Assembly (NCBI GenBank): GCA_039815185.1 | Contig: JBCBZT010000024.1 | Location: 1-64,000 of the forward strand | Direction: 5' to 3' | Length of the DNA stretch: 64,000 bases | Origin: Cyanobacteria bacterium P01_A01_bin.123 | GTDB taxonomy: Bacteria; Cyanobacteriota; Cyanobacteriia; Phormidesmidales; Phormidesmidaceae | Shown: positions 17,764 through 27,327 of the stretch, in pieces | Position numbering within the stretch: position 1 is the stretch's first letter | Layout of the letters: each line of letters begins with the position of its first letter | The notes under the pieces: model-generated | Told to the model about the DNA's origin: nothing | What the model saw: the letters and a program-made list of their open reading frames with translations, nothing else | The model's database searches: none | Made by a program: the position numbers and the translations under genes

Positions 17764-20700
17764 ATGGTTGATCTAGGCGATTTGCAACCCGAAGCTCTGC
17801 CCCCGCCAAGACCGTTGGGGCATCAACATCCTTTGGGGACATCTGGCCTAGCCGTGCGGTTTATGCGTCCGTTGGGGGCTCGGGCGTTGACGGTGCTTGA
17901 TCCAAATTTGTTCAGGCCAGAGGCGTTTCCGCAATGGCAGGGGGTGATGTTTGGGGAGATTCCGGACGTTTTGGCGCGGCGGGAGCGGGGGGAGCAAGAG
18001 AGCAGGGGGAGCGGGGGAGCAGGGGAGGAGAGTCGGTATTTGGGGGCGATCGCAGATGGGGCATCTCAGCAGACGAGGTCTGGAGTTCGAGGGGGGCAAT
18101 CTCAAATTTTGCAGCCTCCGGTTCAAGGGGAGCAACCGGATCAGCCTCAATTACAGACGGTTCAACCCCAAACAGTCCAACCCCGGCCAATACAGCCTCA
18201 AACCCCTCAACCTCAAGCAGTTCAACCTCAGACGCCTCAACCCCAGGTAGATCAACCGCAAACCGTTCAGCCCCAAACAGTTCAGTCTGCAACACCTCAA
18301 CCCCAAGCGGTTCAGCCTGAAACGACTCATCCTCAGACAACTCAATCTCAAGCACCTCAACCTCAAACGCCTCAACCCCAGGTAGATCAATCGCAAACCG
18401 TTCAGCCCCAAACCGTTCAGTCTGCAACACCTCAACCCCAAGCGGTTCAATCTCAGGCGGTTCAACCTCAAGTGGTTCAGCCTGAAATAACTTATCCTCA
18501 GACAACTCAATCTCAAGCCCCTCAACCCCAAACGCCTCAATCTCAAGCGGTTCAGCCTGAAACACCTCAAACCCAGGTAATTCAATCTCAAACGCCTCAA
18601 CCTCAGGTAGATCAATCGCAAACAGTTCAGCCCGAAACACCTCAACCTCAGGCAAATCAAGTTGAGACACCTCTGGCTCAGTCAACTCAGGCTCAGACAC
18701 CTCAGTCCCAAACATCTCTGTCTCAAACGCCTCGAAGTCAGATCGTTCCCCCCCAGGCCGTTCAACCCGAGACGCATCAAGTTCAAGCAGGACAACCTGA
18801 AACAACTCAAGCTCAAGGGGAGCAGTCTCAAGTCCAGCCAATCCAAGCGCCTCAAATCTGGACGCCTCAACCCCAAACACGCCAATCACAGGCGGTTCAG
18901 CCTCAGGTGACTCAGCCAGAAACCCCTCAATCTCTGCCAATTCAGCCCCAAGCGCCTCAACCGCAAGCACCTCAGTTCCAGGCAGCTCAGTCTCAAACGA
19001 CTCAGCCCCAAGCGCCTCAATCCCAAGCACCCCAAGCTGAAATATCTCAACCCCAGATAATTCAGTCGCAAACGCTTCCATCTCAGGGGGTTCAGCCGTC
19101 AGTAGCAGAGTCAGTGGATGGATCGCTACCTCAAGCCACTCAATCGGATGATGACTTGCCTCGGCGTTCAGGTCATGTAGAAGATAGCTTGCCTGAGAAT
19201 TCAGGCCCGCAAACGCTAGCGCCAGGGAGTTTAGAGCAGGGCGATCGCGACCCTGTTCCAGCTCAAACGCTTCAGCCATTGGAGGCTTCATCCGAATCTG
19301 GGGGGATCGAATCAGTGCCGAGTGGGGTTGACCCCTCATTGCAGTCCGCTCAAGATCCTTTGAGTGGGGAGTCTATAACGCCTGAATCAAGCTCCCAAAC
19401 GCAATCGGACTTACCCTTATCCCCAACTCAATCCGCTCAATACTTTGAGCGGACACCGTCCTCCACTGATCAGTATTTTGAACGGACACCACCGGCGGCA
19501 GAAACAACCGATCAGCAAAGGCTAGCTGCTGAAGATGTATTAACACCGATTGGCCAACCTGATTCGCAAAGCCCAACGACCGATGCTAGCAGGCGATCGC
19601 CGGAAGAATCATCATCACCGATGGGCCAGCCTGATGCACAAGGGCCAGCGCTTGAACCTGGCGTGGGATTTCAGAATTCCACTCAATCGGTTTCATCCGA
19701 GCAGCCTATTCAGCCCGCTCCGTCAATTCGATCTGCTCCCTCCATTCAACTCGATCAATCTAATCAAGGTTCAGCGGATGGCCCGCCCCAGTCTCCACCA
19801 CTTCCAAGAACCGAGACAACTCAACGGGATGATCTTTCCGGAAAAGGGGGTGACTATCAGACCGATCCAGCTCAAGCTACTAAGCCGCAAAATTCGAGTC
19901 CGCCTGCACAATTGCCTAAGGCTTCGGATGCTAGTGGAGGAATGCGATCGCTGATTCAGCAGTACTTCTCACCCCAAACACAACCCCCTCAAATCCAGCC
20001 GTTAGAGCTTCCGCCGCAGCGATCGCCTGATGCTCAAGCGGAACAACTCAAGCGATCGCAGTCAGTTGAGCCTCTAGAGCAGCCTCATCCCCCGCAAGGA
20101 CAATTTTTCCCACCGGGACAACCGCTGCAGCAAGCCGAACAGCCTCAAATCCCAAATGCGGCTGAAGCGCAAAGCATGCAGGATGCGATCGGAAGTTCTG
20201 AGATATCAGGCATACCATCCAATGCTGCTGATTCTGAAACATTAAGGACGCCACCAGAACGGATTAGTAATTCTGAAATATCGGGAGTTTCATCAAATTT
20301 CGCTAGCAATCCAGAAGCGCCAGGAACTCAACCAGAAGCGATTGTTGATTCTGAAATATCAGGTGTTCCACCAGAACCGATTCCAGAACTGATGATTGAG
20401 TCTGAAATATCGGATGTTCCACCAGAAGCGCTTGTTGATTCTGAAGTATCAAGAACTTTATCGGAACCGATTGACAGTCCTGAGTTGCTAGTCGATTTTG
20501 AAATATCAGGTGCTCCGCCAAATATTGCTGATAATCCTGAAATATCAAGGACGCCACCAGAACCGATTGGCAGTTCTGAGTCATTAAGGGATTTGTCAAA
20601 TACCGCTGGCAACTCTGAAGCCTTGGGGACGCCATCGGAGCTGATTAAAAGCGCTGAAGCACTAGAGGTTCAATCAAATTTTGACAGTAGCTTTGAATCG

Positions 20701-23700
20701 TTGAAAAGGCCATCGGATCCGATTGACACTTTTGACACATCCAGCTTCCGTTCGGAATCGACTTCAAATCCTGAGATATCGAGGATTCCATCAGAACCTA
20801 CTGAAAATTCTGAGACGCCGGAGGTTCAATCCAGCTCTGCTGGCAGTCCTGAAGCATTGAGGTCTCCACCGGAACCTGCTAGTGATATCGCAATGCCAAA
20901 GATTCCATCGGAACCTGTTGACAGTTCTGATATATCAAGGATTCAACCAGAATCTGCTGGCAGTTCTGAGACATTGAGGACTCAATCGACAGCTGCTGCT
21001 CCTGAAGCATCAAGGATTCAGCCAGAACTCACTAGTGATTCTGATTCGGTGGAGACAGCCTCCACCCAGCAATCTGAAGCACTGTCTCCAGCAGGTAGAC
21101 CGTCTCCTCAGGCTCAATCTGGAGAGTCAGATACACAAGTGCCTAAAGGTTTTTTAGGTAAAGCGGCAGATCAACTGCGACGATGGTTTTCGCCTGCTAC
21201 GGAGAACACCACCATCGATAGTGCTAACTCAGCATCTTCGTCTGGGCAAGCACAAACTGAATCCCCAAAGGCGATCGCTGAGCAGGCAGCATCAATCCCC
21301 GAACTCCAAACTGAACCAGACTTTGCAAGGCCAAATCCAGCACCGCCAGGTTCTGATCAGGTTGAAGCTGAACACCCTGGCCAGTCTCAGTTCAACCAGC
21401 CCCGGTTAGATAATGTTTCTGCCGAACCGATGCAGGTCGCCGAAGCGAGTCAAATTGAGGCCGATCTGCGATCGCAGCCTCCTCAACCCGCTGTGCCAGA
21501 AGCGTTCTTATTTGATCCATCTGACACGAGTGACCCCCAAACAACTGAACAGCAGGTGATTGGGGCCACGTTCCTGCCTCCTCAAACCGCACCTGACTCC
21601 ACAGATGAGATCCCGCCATTGGTGACGGAGCAACCCTCAACCATATTTCAGGATGACAGTTCTACACAGTTCTCAACTTTGCCAGCAGCGCCAGTGCCAA
21701 ACACGTCAACGTCTGATTTAGGTGAAGAAAATTCGACTGTTGAGCAACAACAGAATGATTCATTATCTGTTCAGGCTGCCATTAATCCAGCAGAACCATT
21801 ACAAGTTCAACCAGAGGCTGCGGCATACTCTGCTGAGACAGGCTTGCCCCCAGTTGAATCAGTAATCAATCAAAACGAATCAACTCAAATTCAGCCGGCA
21901 TCAGTTCAAGTTCTACCGGAATCAACAGTCCATTCAGGTGAGTCGAACGGATCCCTATTGGAGGTAGTCTCCGACCCAACCGAATCACCACAGACTCAAC
22001 CTGAATCAGAGACACAATCCGTCATTCATCAAGGCGAACCGACTCAAGTGCAGCCAGAGTCAGGTCAAGCCGTCCAACCCCAATCAGCAGCGTATTTAGG
22101 TGATTTGGGCTTGTCCCAGCCTGAGTTGGAAACCGACCCCAGCGAACCTGTACAAGTTCAGCCAGAGGCGAACCAGTTTCAACCGAGATCGGCAGCACTT
22201 CAAGACAGCTCAGCACGCTTCCAACCAACATTGGTATCTGACCAACGTGACTCCATACAAGTTCAGCCAGACTTACCAGCCTATTCAAGTGAGTCGGTTC
22301 TACCCCAAGCGGAATCAGTCTCTAACCAACGCGACTCACCCCAAGTTCAACCGGAACTAGCAACGCAATTGGGTGAATCGGGGTTGTCTTCAGTGGAATC
22401 AGTAGCCGACCAAAGCGACTCACCCCAAGTTCAACCGGAACTAACAACACAATCTGTCGTTCACCCAAGTGAATCTGCTCAAATTCAACCCGCTTCAGTT
22501 CAAGCAGTTCAGCCAGAATCAGCAGTTCAGCGAGGTGAGTCGGGCTTATCCCAACCTGAGTCAGTATCAAATCAAACTGCGTCACCACAGACTCAACCTG
22601 AATCAGGGGCGCAATCCGTAATTCATCAAAGCGAACCGGCTCAAGGTCAACTAGAATCAGGCCAAATTCAGCCAGAATCAGCAGCGTATCTGGGTGAGTC
22701 AAATCTACCCCAGCCAGAATCGATATCTGTCCAACACGAATCCAGTCAAGTTCAATCAGCTGCGGCCCAGGTTCAATCGGAATCGTTAACGCGTCAAGGT
22801 GATCTGGCCCGACCTCAGCCAGAATCGTTAGAACGTCAAGGGAAATCAAGCCCAGTTCAATCGGAGCCCGTAGCCTCCCCAGATGAGCCAGTCACGTTTC
22901 CTGATAAGTCAGTACAAACCCAGGTTGAACCAACGGCGCATCAAGACGCGACTATCCTGTCAACACAGGTGAAATCTGAACTGACGGAACATCACGTTGA
23001 ATTGATACCAGCCCAGCTTCAACAGCCAGCGGTAGAACAGCCAGCGAGATCACGACAAGTTCAACCGGAACCCATAGCGCATCAGCTTGATAGGGCATCT
23101 CAAGCCCCGGCAGGGTCTACGGCTGTATCAAAGGGGGAGGACGAAGCGCTTCCTACGATCGCGAGTGGCAAGCTACCGCGCGTGCTTAAACCGTTGGGCA
23201 TTCTGCGATCGCTCAATGAGCCAACTGTCGCACCCATTTCCGCTGCGCCTGAGTCCAAGGGAGGAAATAGCGTAGACCCTCAAACTGTTGGCATTGTCTC
23301 CTCAAGCATTCCCAACCCCCAGTTTTTTGCGCCAGATGCTTCTCTTGCAAAAGAGGCACGGCGCAGCGAGCATCTATCCCTACCGACTCAGTGGAATAGC
23401 CTTGCAGATTTAGCGCAACCAACCCGAGCAGATCAGCCCGTCTCAATCAAACCTGTGGATAACGAATCGCCAGACATGGCTGAGATTGGCCCCAAATCAG
23501 CACCAACGATAGATCCGGCATTGCCTCCTAGCTTGCCGAATGCTGAGAAACTTTCAGAGCAATCTGCCCTGCCCCAGGGGTGGCATAACCTTGCAGATTT
23601 AATCCAGCAGACAGCTCAAAGCCCTGCATCATCATCGCCCATCTCTCAACCTGAAAGTCGTCTGTCTGCCTCGACCCAAATGCCCACTCAAAAGATCAAA

Positions 23701-24093
23701 TCGCTTACACAAAACAATCGGCCAGAAAAAACCAAGTCAAAATCTCCGCTAAATTCGACGACTAAAACAGGCGATGCTCGCCAAGCGTTGAGTAAACCCC
23801 GTACTCAGCAGCGGGGGACGTTCAAGTTACCCAGTCGCCCATCTTCAAGGCCGGTAATTCAGGCAAAGTTTGAGGAAAATGCGCCCAAATCAGGTCGCGA
23901 TACTCTAATTCAAGCCAAGCCAGAAGATCCATATATTCAGCTCAAAGGCAATGATGAGACAGAAACAACGACTGAGCCAGATTCGGGCACATTAGAACAC
24001 TTGGCTCATGAAGTGTATGGTCTGCTGCGCCAACGCCTTGCCATTGAGCAAGAACGGCATGGAGCAAGGGGATATTCAGGGCGATTTCCTTAA
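17764..24093 (+). CDS. Giant Q/P/S/E-rich repeat protein of the CIS locus (tape-measure/ruler candidate)
   Basis: 2109-aa uninterrupted ORF between tube and Afp7-like genes; C-terminal LEHLAHEVYGLLRQRLAIEQERHG. Confidence 0.8.
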   Translation: MVDLGDLQPEALPPPRPLGHQHPLGTSGLAVRFMRPLGARALTVLDPNLFRPEAFPQWQGVMFGEIPDVLARRERGEQESRGSGGAGEESRYLGAIADGASQQTRSGVRGGQSQILQPPVQGEQPDQPQLQTVQPQTVQPRPIQPQTPQPQAVQPQTPQPQVDQPQTVQPQTVQSATPQPQAVQPETTHPQTTQSQAPQPQTPQPQVDQSQTVQPQTVQSATPQPQAVQSQAVQPQVVQPEITYPQTTQSQAPQPQTPQSQAVQPETPQTQVIQSQTPQPQVDQSQTVQPETPQPQANQVETPLAQSTQAQTPQSQTSLSQTPRSQIVPPQAVQPETHQVQAGQPETTQAQGEQSQVQPIQAPQIWTPQPQTRQSQAVQPQVTQPETPQSLPIQPQAPQPQAPQFQAAQSQTTQPQAPQSQAPQAEISQPQIIQSQTLPSQGVQPSVAESVDGSLPQATQSDDDLPRRSGHVEDSLPENSGPQTLAPGSLEQGDRDPVPAQTLQPLEASSESGGIESVPSGVDPSLQSAQDPLSGESITPESSSQTQSDLPLSPTQSAQYFERTPSSTDQYFERTPPAAETTDQQRLAAEDVLTPIGQPDSQSPTTDASRRSPEESSSPMGQPDAQGPALEPGVGFQNSTQSVSSEQPIQPAPSIRSAPSIQLDQSNQGSADGPPQSPPLPRTETTQRDDLSGKGGDYQTDPAQATKPQNSSPPAQLPKASDASGGMRSLIQQYFSPQTQPPQIQPLELPPQRSPDAQAEQLKRSQSVEPLEQPHPPQGQFFPPGQPLQQAEQPQIPNAAEAQSMQDAIGSSEISGIPSNAADSETLRTPPERISNSEISGVSSNFASNPEAPGTQPEAIVDSEISGVPPEPIPELMIESEISDVPPEALVDSEVSRTLSEPIDSPELLVDFEISGAPPNIADNPEISRTPPEPIGSSESLRDLSNTAGNSEALGTPSELIKSAEALEVQSNFDSSFESLKRPSDPIDTFDTSSFRSESTSNPEISRIPSEPTENSETPEVQSSSAGSPEALRSPPEPASDIAMPKIPSEPVDSSDISRIQPESAGSSETLRTQSTAAAPEASRIQPELTSDSDSVETASTQQSEALSPAGRPSPQAQSGESDTQVPKGFLGKAADQLRRWFSPATENTTIDSANSASSSGQAQTESPKAIAEQAASIPELQTEPDFARPNPAPPGSDQVEAEHPGQSQFNQPRLDNVSAEPMQVAEASQIEADLRSQPPQPAVPEAFLFDPSDTSDPQTTEQQVIGATFLPPQTAPDSTDEIPPLVTEQPSTIFQDDSSTQFSTLPAAPVPNTSTSDLGEENSTVEQQQNDSLSVQAAINPAEPLQVQPEAAAYSAETGLPPVESVINQNESTQIQPASVQVLPESTVHSGESNGSLLEVVSDPTESPQTQPESETQSVIHQGEPTQVQPESGQAVQPQSAAYLGDLGLSQPELETDPSEPVQVQPEANQFQPRSAALQDSSARFQPTLVSDQRDSIQVQPDLPAYSSESVLPQAESVSNQRDSPQVQPELATQLGESGLSSVESVADQSDSPQVQPELTTQSVVHPSESAQIQPASVQAVQPESAVQRGESGLSQPESVSNQTASPQTQPESGAQSVIHQSEPAQGQLESGQIQPESAAYLGESNLPQPESISVQHESSQVQSAAAQVQSESLTRQGDLARPQPESLERQGKSSPVQSEPVASPDEPVTFPDKSVQTQVEPTAHQDATILSTQVKSELTEHHVELIPAQLQQPAVEQPARSRQVQPEPIAHQLDRASQAPAGSTAVSKGEDEALPTIASGKLPRVLKPLGILRSLNEPTVAPISAAPESKGGNSVDPQTVGIVSSSIPNPQFFAPDASLAKEARRSEHLSLPTQWNSLADLAQPTRADQPVSIKPVDNESPDMAEIGPKSAPTIDPALPPSLPNAEKLSEQSALPQGWHNLADLIQQTAQSPASSSPISQPESRLSASTQMPTQKIKSLTQNNRPEKTKSKSPLNSTTKTGDARQALSKPRTQQRGTFKLPSRPSSRPVIQAKFEENAPKSGRDTLIQAKPEDPYIQLKGNDETETTTEPDSGTLEHLAHEVYGLLRQRLAIEQERHGARGYSGRFP
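18130..19080 (+). repeat. 15-bp (pentapeptide QPQTP/QPQAV/QSQAP) degenerate tandem array with a 135-bp internal duplication
   Basis: ACGCCTCAACCCCAGGTAGATCAA.CGCAAACCGTTCAGCCCCAAAC at ~18232 and ~18367. Confidence 0.9.
20190..21030 (+). repeat. About 13-aa SEISG/SEISR..PPEP repeat block
   Basis: Recurring TCTGAAATATC and CCACCAGAAC segments. Confidence 0.8.
21780..22900 (+). repeat. About 28-aa QVQPE...GES.L.QPES repeat block
   Basis: GCGACTCACCCCAAGTTCAACCGGAACTA at 22331 and 22415 (84-bp period). Confidence 0.8.
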
Positions 24094-24179
24094 CTGTATG
24101 TTTGGGTGTATGGCAGCTGTGCACTCCTAAAGCTCAATGATGGCTCACCAACTGATGTCTACTACCCGAATCTTGAACC

Positions 24180-24671
24180 ATGGCTACCCCTGTTAAAGCT
24201 CAACTCATTGCTCAAAACGGTGGCGAGACGTTGGAATTTATGTTCAACCCGACCGAAATCGAGTTTAGCCGTAGCGTTAACCTCAATCGTGCCAGCGGGG
24301 CTCGTACAGATGAGGGTTTGCCTAAGGTTAGCTTTGGGTCACCTGAACCCTATGGCCTCACGTTAAGTAACCTGATTTTTGACACCTACGAAACGGGCAA
24401 AAACGTTTACACCACATACGTTGAAAAGTTTCGTTCAGCGATTGAATTTGTGGATGGCAAAGACCGTCCCCCGATCTATGTGTTTACCTGGGGAAGTCAA
24501 GAGTATCTACGCTGCTTCGTTAAATCCCTAAGCTATAAGTTGATGCTATTTTTACCCGATGGCACCCCTGTGCGCGCTAGCATCAACTTGACGTTGGAGG
24601 AAATCGGTGAAACGACATCGACCAGTACCTCTGCCAGTTCGAGCAGTCGCAGTTCTGATTCTCGCTGGTGA
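24180..24671 (+). CDS. CIS tube initiator / Afp7-like protein (no LysM tail)
   Basis: FMFNPTEI, LIFDTYE, RPP.Y.F.WG, L.LFLPDGTPVRA...LTLEE. True start is probably 24180, not the 24106 frame. Confidence 0.88.
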   Translation: MATPVKAQLIAQNGGETLEFMFNPTEIEFSRSVNLNRASGARTDEGLPKVSFGSPEPYGLTLSNLIFDTYETGKNVYTTYVEKFRSAIEFVDGKDRPPIYVFTWGSQEYLRCFVKSLSYKLMLFLPDGTPVRASINLTLEEIGETTSTSTSASSSSRSSDSRW

Positions 24672-24714
24672 GTCATCGACGGTTTGCATCAACCCGTCCA
24701 AGCTGAAAATGGAC

Positions 24715-25578
24715 TTAAATTCCCCAAATTCTCGATTGACAGGCTGTTCGGTTGAGGCAGAGGGGGCGGAGATCTTGCCAAACTTTGATAAACCAGCGTC
24801 GAGCGGATTGGCTTGCGGTGCCCCGGTAACGACAAAGCAGCCCGTTGATCAAAGCAGTGACCCCGAAATCACCTGTTTGAGATAGGTTGAGGCGATCGCC
24901 CAGGTGGCGAGCCTGCTCGATCCAAGCTGCTTCGGCTGGGCAGCCAATCAACGCAAAGCTGCCAATGACGGGATACCCGCCCAAGCCATGGGGGCTGGTT
25001 AACCCATCCGAACCGCCTTCAAGCTGTTGTCGATCGATCCATACGGGATGGTTGCCTTGCCAAACTTCGGTGTCCGATCGCCAGCGACCCATTATAAATT
25101 GCTCACCCCGAGCGCTGCGCCCAAAGCGGGTGATGTCCCACCCCAGCCAGATGGCGCTGTCGGCCAAATCGACCCGCAAGCTTTGCTGAAAGTTGGCCCC
25201 ATTAAACACGATGGTTTCTTGAGGAAACCACTCCATCCTGGTTTGGGCTGCGAGCTGGAGAGTCGTGCTTTGAGATGCGATCGCGCCGCTGCTACGATAC
25301 ACCTTGTTAGCAGCGGCTGTGGTGACCAAGGCGTGGCTGTGGGGTTCGAGTTTGAGGGCTAACGTTAAGCGATCGCCGCCGACAATGCCACCAGCAGTAT
25401 GAACGATCACGCTATGGCAAACAGCATCACCTTCAGGATAAAACGGGCGCTGTAGCCTTAGCGGTGCTGCTGTCTTAGACCGAAACGGCACTGTCTTCCC
25501 GGCTTGATGGTTTAAGGTTAAATCAAGGCTACCGTGCCAGCCTTGGGCAATTTGGGCATCAATAAGTTGAGCGGGCAT
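24715..25578 (-). CDS. ureD: Urease accessory protein UreD
   Basis: APLRLQRPFYPEG, HTAGGIVGGD, TTAAANKVYRS, EWFPQETIVF. Confidence 0.95.
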   Translation of the reverse strand: MPAQLIDAQIAQGWHGSLDLTLNHQAGKTVPFRSKTAAPLRLQRPFYPEGDAVCHSVIVHTAGGIVGGDRLTLALKLEPHSHALVTTAAANKVYRSSGAIASQSTTLQLAAQTRMEWFPQETIVFNGANFQQSLRVDLADSAIWLGWDITRFGRSARGEQFIMGRWRSDTEVWQGNHPVWIDRQQLEGGSDGLTSPHGLGGYPVIGSFALIGCPAEAAWIEQARHLGDRLNLSQTGDFGVTALINGLLCRYRGTASQSARRWFIKVWQDLRPLCLNRTACQSRIWGI

Positions 25579-25799
25579 CGCAACGCTATAGTTTGAGTAG
25601 ACTAACCATAAACCACATCCCGTTCAAAAACTTGAGTGAAAAGCTAAAGCAACTGATCTAAGTGTGGATGAAGCCTGAGTAGGGTTATCTCACCTTTATG
25701 GGGCACCAGAAACCTTTTAACCTTAAGTTATTGACTAATTTGCCGTTGCGTACCCAATCAGGTCAGCGGTTGACGCGTCGTTAGTAACCAATTAAAAAG

Positions 25800-26120
25800 A
25801 TGGGATTTTTTGATTCTGAGCTTGTCCAGCAAGAAGCCATGAAGCTGTTCCAGGACTACCAGTCCTTAATGCAGCTTGGGGGTGAATATGGCAAGTTTGA
25901 TCGAGAGGGCAAAAAGCTTTATATCGAGCAGATGGAAGCGATCATGGAGCGCTATCGTATTTTTATGAAGCGCTTTGAACTTTCAGAAGATTTCTCTGCC
26001 AAGATGACCGTCGAACAGCTCAAAACCCAACTCGGCCAGTTTGGCATGACCCCAGAGCAGATGTTTGACCAAATGAACCGCACGCTTGAGCGCATGAAGT
26101 CTGAGGTTGAAGAGGTTTAA
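25800..26120 (+). CDS. DUF1825-family conserved cyanobacterial protein
   Basis: MGFFDSELVQQEA..LF.DYQ...YGKFDREGKK. Confidence 0.85.
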   Translation: MGFFDSELVQQEAMKLFQDYQSLMQLGGEYGKFDREGKKLYIEQMEAIMERYRIFMKRFELSEDFSAKMTVEQLKTQLGQFGMTPEQMFDQMNRTLERMKSEVEEV

Positions 26121-26365
26121 TCTCAACCTGTCGACTGAGTGACATGCCCTATCAACACTAGATTTTAGATTTTGCTTCAAAAAGCGCTTTGATATTGCTA
26201 GCCTGTAGCAGTTATCAATTATATTGATAAGCTTCTGCCAAACCCAGTCCTGCTGATCTTTTGGGGGGCCGACCTTGTAAGAAAAAGCGTTAGGGGTCAA
26301 GCTGGATTTGGCTTGAGATGCCAACCAGTCTGTTTCTGGAATCAAGCTCCCTTTATTAAGCGCTT

Positions 26366-27232
26366 ATGCCTTGGGCTCGTATAGTTAGTGGACTAATTGC
26401 CATTGTTTTGGCACTCGGGTTGATCATACTGGGCGGATGGTATTTTACCGTCGGCTTTGGTGTGATTGTTTTTTTAGGTCAGTTAGAAATTTTTCAGCTG
26501 GTTCAAGCCAAAGGCATTCTTCCTGCGGCTAAGACCACCTTGTTAGTCAGTCAAATCTTGCTGTTTGCTGCCTATGGCTTTCCCCCTTTGGCTGATGCCA
26601 TTTTGCCTTTGGCAGGCACGTTTATTTGCTTTTATTTGTTGTTCCAACCCAAATTCGCCACCATTGCCGATGTTGCTGCTTCCATCTTGGGCCTATTTTA
26701 TGGGGGCTATCTACCCAGCTTTTGGATTCGGCTCAGACACCTAGGCGTGAGCGAGGCTCAAAATTTACCCCTGGGCGGCTATTGGCCAACGGATGTCTCA
26801 CTACAAGCGTTGCCCCAGGGATTAACGCTGACGTTAATGGCGTTTCTTTGTATCTGGGCCGCTGACATTGGCGCTTATGCCTTTGGTCGCCTGTTGGGTA
26901 AAACACCTTTGTCCAATATTAGCCCCAAGAAAACCCTAGAAGGCGCGCTGTTTGGGATTACTGGCTCGATGGTCGTCGGGGTTAGTGGTGCTTGGCTACT
27001 GACTTGGCCCAGTTGGCCCTTGTCTGGGGCGGCCTTTGGCATCTTAATTGGGGTGTCGAGTCTGCTGGGTGATCTGACTGAATCGCTGATGAAGCGAGAT
27101 GCTGGGGTTAAAGATTCAGGGCAGTTGATTCCGGGGCACGGTGGTGTTTTGGATCGCACCGATAGCTATGTGTTTACTGCGCCGCTGGTGTATTACTTTG
27201 TAACGCTGCTGTTACCCGTGCTGCCAGGGTAG
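26366..27232 (+). CDS. cdsA: Phosphatidate cytidylyltransferase
   Basis: ISPKKTLEG, GDLTESLMKRDAGVKDSG.LIPGHGG.LDR.DS. Confidence 0.96.
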   Translation: MPWARIVSGLIAIVLALGLIILGGWYFTVGFGVIVFLGQLEIFQLVQAKGILPAAKTTLLVSQILLFAAYGFPPLADAILPLAGTFICFYLLFQPKFATIADVAASILGLFYGGYLPSFWIRLRHLGVSEAQNLPLGGYWPTDVSLQALPQGLTLTLMAFLCIWAADIGAYAFGRLLGKTPLSNISPKKTLEGALFGITGSMVVGVSGAWLLTWPSWPLSGAAFGILIGVSSLLGDLTESLMKRDAGVKDSGQLIPGHGGVLDRTDSYVFTAPLVYYFVTLLLPVLPG

Positions 27233-27327
27233 ATCGCCTTTCTAACAGCCGTCACCATGATTTATGCCGTGGCAAAACCACCCTCTGGTAAAGCCGTTCA
27301 GTGCTAAGCAATGTAACCTTGGTTACA

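Noticed and set aside
17848..19339. Minus-strand ORFs of up to 475 aa inside the giant gene
   Set aside because: Stop-poor antisense frames caused by the low-complexity repeat; no family motifs.
24106..24366. 86-aa ORF overlapping the Afp7-like gene
   Set aside because: Alternative frame of a well-supported gene.
12443..24671. Prophage or T6SS interpretation
   Set aside because: No capsid, terminase, portal, integrase or TssJLM/ClpV genes; Pvc16 and Afp7-like genes indicate an eCIS-type locus.
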